Below, piece after piece: positions 52,227 to 64,000 of a DNA stretch of 64,000 nucleotides. The position numbers were made by a program, and so were the translations under genes. A model generated the notes under the pieces. The model did no database searches. It worked only from the letters and a program-made list of their open reading frames with translations, and was not told the origin of the DNA. Every line of letters begins with the position of its first letter. The stretch's first letter is position 1. The stretch comes from Takakia lepidozioides (lineage: Eukaryota > Plantae > Bryophyta), in assembly GCA_030704615.1 (NCBI GenBank), contig CM060733.1, positions 52,266,001-52,330,000 of the forward strand. Reading direction: 5' to 3'.

Positions 52227-53845
52227 ATGGCAGTGGAAGTGACAGTCCTATCAAAAAACCACGGTGGTTCCCACGCCACGTCCTCACGAGAGCCGGGAGT
52301 TCAAGCGGTTCCCACTTGCCAGCCTCGATCTCACCTGGTTCAAACTTGTACCTCCCCTCAGATGCCTCCTCTTGTTCGACGCAAGCGCTCAAGAAGACTT
52401 CATTGTGGAGCAGTTCAATGAAAGACTAAGGGAGAGTCTCTCAAGAGCGCTGACAGACTACTACCCATTTGCAGGTAAGTCGTTCACCCTTCAGTAGCAC
52501 GGTCGACGCCATGGCGGCTAGAGTACTATTTATGCGATTATCAAAGTCTGTCATGCCAGCTTTGATATATAGGCTTCGGGGAAACTAGATAACGACGTTG
52601 GGAGACCATGCCATGCAGGCCGGTTTGTACAAGACGAAGACGGGCAGATAGCTGTGGACTGTAACGACGCAGGGGTGGAGTTTGTTGAGGCTTCAGCTCC
52701 CATCACTGTGCGGGAGCTAAGTAATTACAACATGGCTGACAAGTATCAACACTTTGCCCAATCAATCCCATGGAATCTTGAGGACGAGGGTACCTGCCAC
52801 CCTCTTTTTGGTGCACAGGTTAGCTTCCTACATTTCTGTGTACTTTTTGAGTGCAGATCTCTGTTCACGACCACACTATTGATTGCCTTTGAAATATGCA
52901 GATCACTCATCTCAAGTGTGGCGGCTATGTAATTGGGCATGCCTACTTCCATGGAACCGCAGATGGAATGATGCTGATGCAATTTATCAAGTCGTGGGCA
53001 GAGGTCGTCCGTGCGGAACGTATCTCCCTACTGCCCAATTATAGCTCGCGAGCGAATATAATCAAGTTGGCATCAGAGTCACATTGGACAGAGCTCCTTT
53101 TCAAAGGCTTTCGTTCATAGGTTACCGTTGTCGGGTAATTTCTTTCGTCACCTGGAGGAAACTGCCCTGGACTCTGAAATAACTAAGCTGCACATTTTTT
53201 TTGATCTTCCGATGCAAAAGAAGCTCAAAGATAAAGCTTTGGAGGATTCACCAGATGGGCCAACGTTCAGTGCTTACGTTGTGATCAGTGCACATGTCTG
53301 GAGGGCCATTACCCGGGCTCGATTGCTTAAAGATACGGAAGAAACTCGATACTTCAATGTCGTCGATTGCAGGAAACGGTGGCCAGAGCTCCCTCACAAT
53401 TATTTTGGAAATGCACTTCTTGACGCGGTGGCAGTCAGCACCGTGAGAAAGCTTTTGGGAAATAAAATATCCTATGCTGCAAACCTGCTGCCCAAGACGA
53501 TTGCAGATTTGAGTGCTCAACACATCAAGTTTTTACTCACCATGATGGAGAGAAAAAAGGAAATGGTTCTTTGCACGTATTTCAGACCTTCTACTGATGT
53601 GATGACAGCTGCTTCAACTCGATTCCCAGGTCTTGAACAATTCAACTTCGGATGGGGCCCGGCTTTTGCCAACAGTCATTTTTACCGAGAAGGATCCGAG
53701 TTATCTGATCCATTTCACACCGCAGCATAAGGATGGTACAGTAAAAATAGTCTTGAAACTGCCTCACGATGCTGCAAAGAGACTGCAGGAAGATGCAGAC
53801 TTCCTCTCTTGTGTGTCATCCATCACCGACGTCACACTCAGATAG
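52227..53845 (+). pseudogene. BAHD acyltransferase, three frameshifts
   Basis: SLSRALTDYYPFAGR, VDCNDAGVEFVEA, HGTAD (HxxxD, 52950), NFGWG (53644). Introns 52475-52618 and 52819-52901. Frame breaks near 52255, 53100-53130 and 53695. Confidence 0.85.
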
Positions 53846-54770
53846 GGATTCCACGAATTCCAACTTCTTTGTACACAAAGGAACAAGCCGCAAACGGCCA
53901 AAGGCTCTGCCGACGATAGATACTTGTGAAACATTTTCTATGAAATTCAGCCTTGAATTCAGCTTCGCTTATAAATTTCAAAATGCCTCAGTGCAAATCT
54001 GTAATTCAGTCAGGGGAGGGTCAAGTAGCGTTATCTCCCAGGCTCGATTGACAGAATCGCATAAACATGCTGTCTGGCGTTGGGTGCTCTTGATAAACAA
54101 TGTGTTAATTGCTTCCTAACTTACTAGTGCCCTGCAGACCACAGGCTACAGCATTTGCTTTGAATGTCGCCATGGTCATGCTTCTTCCACAGTTGTTTTA
54201 GGTGTCCTTTAATACTAGAAGGGACTTTTAAGCGACCTTGACACTACCTCCAAAAAGTAGGAAGATGCTCAAGGAAGACGACACACATTTGGAATCCCTC
54301 CCCACTGAGGGAGAAAACAAGTAGAAGTTTTACAAGGAAAAGCCCTGCAAAGCATGTTTACAAACAACAGTATTCAGAGTTAATTATAACCAACAGTGAT
54401 TTATTGCAGCATTTTCAGTGTCGGGTGTCTTTCCCACTTCCATGCATTTGAAGATTTGTTCTACATACTCTGTTCAAGCTGGGTGATTGAATAACAGACG
54501 CATTAGGCAATAGAGTCCTTGAGGTCAATGTAACTAAATGAATCCGGGGTGGTCCGGCAACCAATGTCAGTGAATCAAAGAGTCAAGTGCGTGCTTTCCA
54601 TTGGTTTGAAGTCTCATTGAGTGTCCTGGTCATTTTCATTGTCGTCCGATTGCTCCTTTAGTAACACAGAGGAGTTTGTGCTGGTCCGAGGTATGTGCAG
54701 GCCACCTTCTTCTGTGAATAATTCTCCTCAGTGACAAGGAGTGCTGTAGGCCTCAACCAGGCTGGGTAAG

Positions 54771-56628
54771 TTAGACACTGCAGCGTTTGTGATTCCTTGT
54801 GCACCGGATAGGCATAGAAACTCTAGTAGAAGTGCTTGCTTCACCTGCCCTTGCCCAGTTCCTACGATTATCATCATCCGAAGACGAAGAAGAGGTCAAC
54901 ATTGACTGTGGTACGTCAAAGGCAGACTTCAGCTTTTCGTCCTCATCAGAACTTGAAGACTCGAATGTAAGGATCTTTTGCTTCCACCTGTTCGATTCTG
55001 CTATTTCTCTTCTTACTTCTCTGGTTTCGATTCCCTGGATCCTTTTTGATTCCAGAGCAGACAAGTATCTCGTCTGGGTTGCATTCCATTTCTTCTCCTC
55101 AAGTTGCCGCTTCTCCCTGTAGTATTCCGTTACACCATTGGAGGACTGCAATCTCAGACTCGTGTCAGGTAGTTCCATTCCTGCAGGCCAGAAATATGAA
55201 AATTCGTTCTTAAGCTGCAGGTATCCACAGAACATGATAGAATTCATTTGGGCATACGATTAGTTATATAGCGGGTGGGAGGAGGGATGATGATTAGGGG
55301 AGACAGATTGGCTGTAGAAAGGAAGGGGCCGGTAAGGGTGCCTTCAAAGTCATGAGGTGGTCATGGTTGCACTGAGGTTTCTAGAGTCTCCATTGCTATA
55401 TACTCAGGCATGGTCACCTTTCAAAGTAGTAGTGCAGCTCGTCTTACACAACCTTGACAACACTTCAACCCAGAGAAACACAGCGAGAAACAAGGCCCTT
55501 ACGCAATCTGTCTGACTGCGAAGGTCCGGCCTTGCTGCCACCATGGAAATCTGGGCCTCTCCAACCATATCCAAATTCCGGATTCAAGGAAATTATGTTC
55601 AGGCACGGCTTATGCGTTAGGGGACTGAGTGTGTTTTGGCATAAGTGCCTCCGTGGGCTTTGTTCTGGAGGTGTATCACTGTCTGTGGACTCTGCCATCT
55701 CAAGGCACCAGCAAGGAGCACACTGATCAGAAGAGGTACCTCCTCCCTTCAATATTCGTGGAGTGCCTAATTTGCTACCTGCAACCAAGTTCAGTGAGAC
55801 AGGTTCTGGTCTGGAAAAGACCCCTGCTTCTGCAGAGGATTGCTCCTCCATGGTCTCCATCCCAGAAGTGATGCTGGGTGAAATGGTCAATTTGGAACAA
55901 GGAACCCCTTCATATGAAATTGGTATTACCGTCTCTGGTTCATCTGAAATCTTGGCGTCTTGCGCCACTCTTCCGATCCTGTGTACGGAAACGTTTAAAC
56001 CCTGATTCCTCTCACGTACGTAGTAAGGTTGCAATGAGCCAAACGTGGGATTTACATATCGGCTCTCACAATCTCGGTGTCCAATTTTCTGCCTTTCAGC
56101 AACCTGCAATTCTTCCATTGAACGAACCCTTTGATCATCTTGCAGTTGTTTCGGACCTGAAATAGCATCCAGCCGAGCCTTCACTTTGAACAATGCCTCC
56201 TCAATCAGCTTTTTCCTCAATGATAGGGAACCCTGATAGTTGAGAATACAACAAGTCCTCAGCCCTCTTTCATTCTCATCATCCACCCCCCTTTCCTAGC
56301 ACTTTCTCTCTCAAGCTTCTCTATCTCATTCACAGTGACAACCCCACTCCCCATTTCTTTTGCACTATCTCCGTGGAACATCCTCTGGAATATTTGTCTG
56401 CCCATCACTTTATTGCTGTACCCTACACATTAGGGTTGCAGTTCACAAATAATTTGATGGTGTCCTGACGAACCTCATGTGTAACATGTCCTCCGGTCGT
56501 CCAGGAACCTGTTTCAACGGTCCATTGGCCAAACTCCTACAGCACTTGCACAGCAATACGAAGATTCCTCCAGCTGATAAGAAAAGCATGAGAAGACCAA
56601 CGATGTAACCCTTTGAGTCTTTTTTCAT
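54771..56628 (-). pseudogene. Decayed gene for an unknown protein with an N-proximal membrane helix
   Basis: ORFs 56443-56628 and 55465-56286 share a frame but are separated by in-frame stops; last exon 54771-55181 follows a CAG acceptor; hydrophobic YIVGLLMLFLSAGGIFVLL. Confidence 0.45.
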
Positions 56629-57671
56629 AGCTGCAAGCAGATGTTACAGTAAGAATGTCACTCACCTCATGCAACACGAGTAAAATTCAAGGTGAGCATA
56701 GTAGTGGAGGGACGGGATGCACAGACTTGTCCAGCCACACAAATGTAAACAACACCTCCCAAACAGAGATGACAGAGAGGGGACAACCTTAAATAAGGAC
56801 CTTCATGGGAGCGAAGTGCTGCTGCTGCTTATGTGCAAACTTTAGATCCGCGAAGCGTAGCGCAGAAAAACATCACAAGCGTCTGAGCTATGGACTTGCC
56901 ATTCGCACAATAGTCAGAAGGTGTGGCAGTATCCTCATCTTGATCCTTTTGGGAAATCAAGGTTGCCTGGAAGCCGGAACAATCCGAGTTGCGCAGCCGT
57001 CAAGTTGTGTGTCCTTTGATATCTTCTCGAAAAGGCTTTCAACTCAGTCATACTACTACTGTGTCCATAAAATTTGGACTCATGCATACCTGTTACCTAT
57101 CTGCAGTGCAACCTGTGTGTGCAAATTTACCCGAACACATACCAACTCCAATATGGGCTTGCATTTAGAGAAACTGGCAGCTTCCTCAAACTAGATCAAT
57201 ACCTACAAATCCCAATTCGAAGGGATACCCCCAACAGATTACTGGGCGAGATTTCTTTTCAAATTTCAAAACTTTCAATGTTCACTAACCCACTCGCTGG
57301 TTCACGATCTGACTCTGATCAAATTCAGAAGATTTTCTTCCCGGTTTCTGACTGCATCTTCATTCACTCCACGAAGGATTTCACATGGAGAACATTTGAG
57401 GAAGATATTCTAGCGTCAGCATTTCTATATGGCCGATCCAAACGCAATGTTCAAGGATCCCCGCTCTCCCGTCAATTGCTCGGCAGAACCGAGCGTGGTC
57501 CTACCCATCTCCCTCCCGGTAGTCCGCCCACAGTTTTTTGCAACATGGCATGCAAGGGTGACCTCTTCAGAAGTATTGGAAGCCTTGGGATTACACTTCA
57601 TCTATGTAGAATAACCGTTGGTGGATCATTGATCTAACGGTCTAATTGTAAGCTGTATGCACTTACATGAA

Positions 57672-57695
57672 GGAAAGGAAAGGAAAGGAAAGGAA
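57672..57695. repeat. (GGAAA)n microsatellite
   Basis: About five tandem copies. Confidence 0.8.
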
Positions 57696-57860
57696 GTTTA
57701 GGGGTTGAGACGATTTTATATCCTGTGGGTCGTTAGGTTCATTCCTTTAAAGTATTAGAAGGTGGGTTTGTGTGAGTGCCAGGAAACCGAGGAAGGAAAG
57801 AAAGTGGGGTTTGATACTCGTGGTTTGTATCTGGATTGAGGATTGTGGTGAAGGGCTGCA

Positions 57861-58573
57861 ATGACAACTCCTGATCATGCGAGGGAGCCTTGTCCAGACA
57901 GGATTGTGGATGACATTGGGGGTGCTTTCAGTATGGGGGCAGTCGGGGGCTCGGCCTGGCATTTCGTACGGGGAATGAAGAACTCGCCAAGGGGGGAGCG
58001 CGTCATAGGCGGCACGCAGGCTGTGCGGGTCAATGCTCTAAGGATTGGTGGAAGCTTTGCTGTTGGGGTGGGCTCTTCAGCACGTTCGATTGCACCTGTG
58101 TATACTTGCGCCAAAAGGAGGATCCATGGAACTCCATAGCTGCAGGTGCAGCCACGGGTGGGTTTCTTCAACTTAGGGCAGGCATGAAATCGGCCACGAG
58201 GTCTGCTATCTTCGGCGGAGTGTTGCTTGCACTCATCGAGGGGGCGGGCATCATGCTTAATAGGATTACATCCAATCTCGCGCAGCCACCCCCTTTGGAA
58301 GAGATGCCTCAAATGGCTGGAGCTGGAGCTGGACCAGGTGGGTATGGAGGAGCTTTCTCGGGCTTTCCAGGTACCCTGCCCACACCTGCGCAGTTTTCGC
58401 AACCCTTTCCCGAGCAAAGCCAAGCATTGGACATGGAATCAGGGAGCGGAAGTTCATGGCTGGGCGGATGGTTTGGAGGGAAAAAAGAGGAGGTTCATCC
58501 TCTCAGAAGTGAGAAGTTGGACAGTTTTGATGCCAACCCAGCACCTCCTACCCCAGGTTTTGATCTCAAGTAG
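57861..58573 (+). pseudogene. TIM17: Mitochondrial import translocase TIM17 with one frameshift (pseudogene or assembly indel)
   Basis: DHAREPCPDRIVDDIGGAF, GGSFAV[W]GGLFSTFDC, RQKEDPWNSI, LLALIEGAGIMLNR; one T missing at about 58064. Confidence 0.88.
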
Positions 58574-61500
58574 TTTTTATTTTTTGTAGGACTACGAACA
58601 CTCTGATGGTGCTCTATAATCCCTCCCTCGGCTGTTGCATGAAGTGTTGAGAACAGAGGCTATGGAGTCTTGGTCTGATATTTGTCATCTACAGTTGAGG
58701 GCTGGTTCACAGGGGAGATACTTCGGAATTACATGCAATTTTTTTTAGCATAAATACAAGACATTGCTCTCTGCCCTTGGAAGAACTAGAAACAGAGGCT
58801 TGCCTTTGCCAACCCATTCTGCATCAATTTTGTGGGTCGGTTTTATTAGCTTTATTATAGTCCCAGGGAGTGCCACTGGCCCAGCCCAGTGCCTGCCAGC
58901 TTCCACTATTATTGCTTGCTGTACTTCGCTTGTTGGTATCAGGCCAGATTGTTCCACATGCACATATATAGGCTTTCACTCATGATACGACATTGGGCTG
59001 ACAAGAAAACAGATGGTGGATGAGTAGTATGTTTTATTACTAAGTCCTCTTACAGTGCATTCAACGATGTGCAGTTTTCATAAATCTCGAATGTGTTGGG
59101 CTTGTGAAATATCTAGAAAAAGAAGGAGGCACAGGAGAGGAAGTGGGTAACCTTTGGTGGAAGTTTGAAGTTTGAAGTTTGCACTTCTGGTTTTCATAAT
59201 TTAACCATTGACCTTGGCGCATATGGAATTCTCTCCACACTGTCTGCTGGGACTACAATTCAGGTTAGAAAGGGATTATTTGTCTTTGTGACTTGCTTCT
59301 ACTGATCGTCCTAGAGCCTCTTCCATTCCCAATCATCCTCCATTAGAATTGCAATTCATATATACACTATGCTCAGCTTCTGCCATTCAGGTTTGCAGTA
59401 GGTAAGGTGGGTTAATGTTTTGGCCTGGGAATGTCTAGGGTGACACCTGAAACCATGGTAATTTAGTGGTTTCCTGGTGTAGTGGTGCACGATGGGTGCA
59501 AGTTTGTATGACCATAGAAAGGGACCCTTTCGACTGACAGAAAAATGTGATTTTATGATGAAAGCCGTTCATAAGAGAGCACTATCACTCTATGAGAGAT
59601 CCACTTGTTCGATTTCGATATCAAGTGGGATGCTATTAGATATCCTATGCTAGCATGTAGATCCTCAGTGGGTTTGGTTTTGTGATCACTCACTCACCTT
59701 CCTTCAGTAGTCTACAAAAGATGTAGAGCCACTTTTGATCAGGGAGTGGTGAGACCTCCAAAGCAATATTCACCAAAAAGCTTATTGTGAACACGTGAAC
59801 CCTCCTTGCAGGCATTGTGTATCCAGTCCTTAGTTCCATGTCTACTGATAGTTCACATCAGCATATGGATTTAAATCTTCACTTTATTCACGCATCTGTT
59901 CAAGAGGGGGTCTCTGAGCTTCACTTCCCTATCCATGAACCTACTGCCCAAAGCAAATCCTCAATGCTTCTCATGATTCTATGCATGTGTGTCAAGCCTG
60001 GAAACTGCATACTCGTGTTGTTGAAAGTGAGGGGTGCCAAGAGCCATCCGGACTCCACTGTGGTCCTTCGAATTGCGTTCCGCATTGGCGCTTCTTTTTA
60101 TAACGGCTTACTAGTCAATGGTCATGAATGTGAATCTGCTTTGACAAGTGACGGTGACGGCCACAAGTCATTGCTGCCGGCTCCACGATCCTCGATGTTC
60201 AATACATGTGCTGAAGTGGGAAGACTGCGGCTCTTCTTACTCACCGGCGGGGTGGGGGATGGGTGTACTCCTGACGAGTGCGGATTCGGAATGAGTACCC
60301 ATTGCAGCGGATTAATGGGCTGTGCTGTGGAGGGACAATGCCCAGATAAGAGCATTGGTGACTATGGCGCCTCCTAGATCTTGAGGGCTGCCACTGGAAT
60401 TAGGTGGGTAGGTGGTGCAGAAGCTACTACAGTGTTTCTCACTTATCATTGTAGCACTTATGAATATTACGTTCCGAATTGGGTTGTCAATTGAGAGCCA
60501 GCGACCCTCAGAATGACATGTGCGGGTGATTAGTGATTACACTAACAAGATTTTAGTCAGCTTCAAGCCGATCATTTGTCAGTTTTGGTTTAGTGTTCAT
60601 GATCATGTGGATGCCAATTGTCAATGCTCCTTTCTGCTTCAATGCTCCTTTCCTTCCTTTCTTATGTCAATCCTCATAATGTTGATTTTCTTAAAGCACC
60701 TTTTAGGTTTTTTCTCTAAGAGATTCAAGTAAAGAGAGCATCATGTAGACTAACCACTGCAGATTTGGCACTAAATGCCCGTCTTCTGACCACCCAGTGT
60801 GCACTTTTGTAAGCATAAGAAATCAAACGTGTGCAATTTCTTGAAAAGGACTACATTTAATAAGCTCTCTCACCACTGGAATGGAGTGAACTTGGGAACA
60901 GTATGTCCCTTTTGTAATGATACCATAAACTCTCCAGATTCACAATGCTGTAACCCTTTCAAGAATTACCAATGTAAGCTTCCGAAGAATACTAAGCTTG
61001 CTCAACAAATTACAGACTATGCCCTGATATGATTGCCAGTGCTCTCCAGGTACACTAAATTTGCCTATCGTTGGGAGCACATGGCTACTCCCCTAGAAAG
61101 GGTCATCAGATGTTCCCATGGCTGTCATCAGCTTCCTGCTTCCACATAATGGAAGAGATAGCAACTGAAAATCGAACTTCGTGATTGTTCAAGCTACCTC
61201 AGGCACAAATAATCCTCCTCCTTTCTGGTTTCCTAGGAGATCTACCCAAAAACTTCACAAGGGAGAACGCGGTTACCTCACTAAGTAAGGAGGTCAAAAC
61301 TACAGTTGTACTCAAGGACTTAACAAGGACAGATCCTTGAGGCAAGAGAGTGGAAGGCTGTGAGGACCACTTTGGAATTTTCAAGCAATTCCAAAGCCTT
61401 CAGAGGATTCATCCTCAGTGGTCTCACTCTGTGCTTGTTGTGTTGTTCCCAGGAAAGGAATGGCAGTGACAGAGGCAACTAGGAGGAGTAAACAACAAGC

Positions 61501-61675
61501 AAGAGCATGCCTACAGCCTCTGAGCTACCAAGGTGATGGGTGTCATAACACACTTAACAGAAGAATAGAGGAAGTCTCTAGGAGGAAGGGGTTAGCAGAC
61601 ACAACATTGCATGGTGCTGCGCAAGACCAAAACTGCTTGTCTTAATGTGCACTAACTGAAAGAGGACGAATATCA

Positions 61676-64000
61676 TCAAGTATCAAGGTTACGGATTGCA
61701 TTGTAACCCCCGGCTTCAAGCTGCGAGGCAAGTGACGAGTCTCCAGTTTTGATGATTTGCCCAGCCTCCTGCAGCCATGCAGGCCCTTATGAGACAGCTG
61801 AGACAAGGACGACAATCCCTGTCCTCCGCTAGAGCTAGATTATCATCACATCTTTGAAATCAAAGGCTTTCCAGCACCGAGGAGAAACAAAACCTCCTCT
61901 ATTCACACAGTTTCCTGCACAAGTGTGAAGTCAAGTGCATCATGTAAGTTTGAAGCATGTTGACAAGTGGATCATCAAAATGTACCATAATGTGGACGAA
62001 GGAGGGTCTAATGTAGTCCAAGAGGCGCTGGTAATGCGTGATCATAAGGATGGCATTGTTGGACTTCCTCAACCCATTCACTGCTGATGCTACATCCCGC
62101 AGTGCATCTACATCCAGGCCTGAGTCAATCTCATCCAATATTGCCATGTCTGCTTCAAGCACCTGTCGTTTGATGTGCCTGTCTGTGTCAGTCACCCTTG
62201 TTCCTTCCAAGCTACCATCCCCACCCCATGCCCACCATTCTCAACTCACACCTGCCACTACAACCGAGCCATAACCATTTTGCAGAAAAACTACAAGACT
62301 CTCATGGGTCTCAAAAGTAGGAATACACAGCCTGAATACAGCCTCACTTCCGCAGGTGTTACCATGCTCCTGTGAAACCTCCCAAAATCCTCCAGAGGGC
62401 ACATTTGCCATCACAGACATTTCACATCTCGCACATATATGCTGCTTCCCTCTACCATGATTCCTACCAGACACCAGTCACAACTGTCTCCAGCCCCCAA
62501 CACTTCACCCTCGAGGGAAGAAAGCTGGTTGACATAAGCAAGCAAATCTGACAAATAACCAGCCGTTCCCATGCAACGATCCAAGGCAGGAAAAACCAGA
62601 AGCTAGGTCATTGTTAGGGAAGGGAAGAAACCCTCACAGCAAGTTGAAGAATCTCATTCCGCTTCTTCTCCCCGCCACTGAAACCCTCATTGACATTGCG
62701 ATTTAGAAAGCTTGGGTCCATCTTCAGCGCTGTCAGCTTGGGGGAAAGGAAGCCGTAGAACTGAAACCATCCCAGCAAAGTCATCCTACCGTCATCCTAG
62801 CTAGCACTTCATACTTCTATAAACTTCAACTATCTGCTTCAATTGATTTTGTTTGGGAGAATTCATCCATAACAGTATTACCCAACTTAATAGGCCCACT
62901 TCTTCATAGAAGCTTCTGCAAGTGGGTACCTCAAGTGGGCCGAGTTCCGTTAGGCCTAAAGCAACTCGTCGGGCATTGCAAGCCATGCGCAGAAAGTCCA
63001 TGTTGCTCACTCCAGGCACCTCAACTGGTGACTGAAAACTCAGAAACAGTCCCGCATGGCTTCTTTCTTCTGGCTCCTTCTCAAACAAGTTCTCCCCCTT
63101 GAAAGTGGCAGACCCACCTGTAACTCGATAGTCTGGGTGCCCCACCAGCACCTGCCTCCACGTTTCACACCAAACTTACAAGTGAATCCTAGAGAATATT
63201 AACAGCCTGATAAAGTTGAGAAAGGATGGTTTTGTCAGAAAACTACATGTTTGGGGCATTTCTTCAATTACACAAAATGCTATGGACATGTGGCCTTATT
63301 TTATGAATAGAACTCCTCTATTTGAAAAAATTTCATGAATAGAAGGTTTCACTGAAGGATACTGGCAGGATCTGCAAGTGAAACGAGGACAAAGACAAGG
63401 AGATTGTGCGGTTTGTATCATGGGGAAAGAGAGGGGGCAATGGAAGGTTTCTATCTGTATGCAAAATAATAGATTGCAAATTTCTGGCCGATGGGATGAG
63501 GGCTCATGCCTTTGAGAGCGTGCTCTTCCCTGACCCGTTCTTGCCCATTATTGCATGCACCTGCCCTGCCCATTATCCATTAGCAACCCACCAAAAACAT
63601 CGTTAATCTACCCCGCAACAGCTGTTGGTGCCAATACTGTCATTCTGTAAGAACGCTCTCTCCCAAACTTCGCAGTCCAACACAGGCAGGCAGGCTACAC
63701 ATTCTCTCTGCCAACTCTACCCTCCTTCCCGCCCTCCTTCAGAGAAAATGAAAGCTCACTTACCTCCCCTTCACGAATAGTTAGGTCAACCCCGCGCAAA
63801 ATCTCTATCCCCGAATCAGCAACAACGGCCGTAAGACCTTTGACCTCCAACAGCACATTTCCCGACAGCGCTTCAGTTCCATCCACTGCTTCAGGATGCG
63901 TGGCCAGCGTAGAGAGTGCAGCTCCTGCCGCCCTTTGAATCTCTCTCTTGCAGTTCTTCAACTCTGAACAACTCAAAAAATCCTTCAACTCAGACGAGTG
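61676..64000 (-). CDS. SUFC/ABCI6: Plastid Fe-S assembly ATPase SufC; 5' end outside the window
   Basis: Exons >64000-63764, 63560-63510 (GKNGSGKST), 63151-62930 (FQSPVEVPGV), 62760-62638 (NEGFSGGEKKRNE), 62162-61986 (LDEIDSGLDVDA, ITHYQRLL), 61768-61676; all phase 0 and open. Confidence 0.95.

Noticed and set aside
57861-58573. TIM17 as a retrocopy or programmed frameshift
   Set aside because: Plant TIM17 coding regions are often intronless; no poly-A, TSD or slippery site; a simple indel explains it.
59817-60377. 186-aa ORF
   Set aside because: No recognisable homology or gene structure.

Overview
Eukaryotic nuclear DNA from a land plant, most likely a bryophyte-grade lineage with heavy organellar C-to-U editing (inferred from a plastid insertion and the PPR style). 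1-21 kb is a nest of transposon debris: Mutator-like elements with 9-bp target duplications, solo LTRs, an LTR-derived foldback, a TTAA-flanked piggyBac-like element, a PHD-finger Ty3/Gypsy tail, an ndhH-ndhA plastid insertion and an RPS2 relic. It is followed by a 10-exon menA/ABC4 gene (+) and an MRC/PII1-like coiled-coil gene (-). 33-50 kb is a scrambled, pseudogenised array of near-identical PLS-class PPR triplets with E/DYW remnants, repeatedly interleaved with OSB-type PDF (ssDNA-binding) motif exons and with CDC20, SEC-C, LINE and SWIM-MULE fragments. The right end holds a frameshifted BAHD acyltransferase, a decayed unknown gene, a frameshifted TIM17 and most of SufC/ABCI6 (-). Best leads: (i) a PDF-PPR(-DYW) fusion architecture; (ii) Mutator elements carrying palindrome arrays that share a CGTTGACG core; (iii) a plastid insertion preserving unedited codons; (iv) a hairpin element apparently born from an LTR. 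All family calls come from motifs recognised by eye, with no database search.
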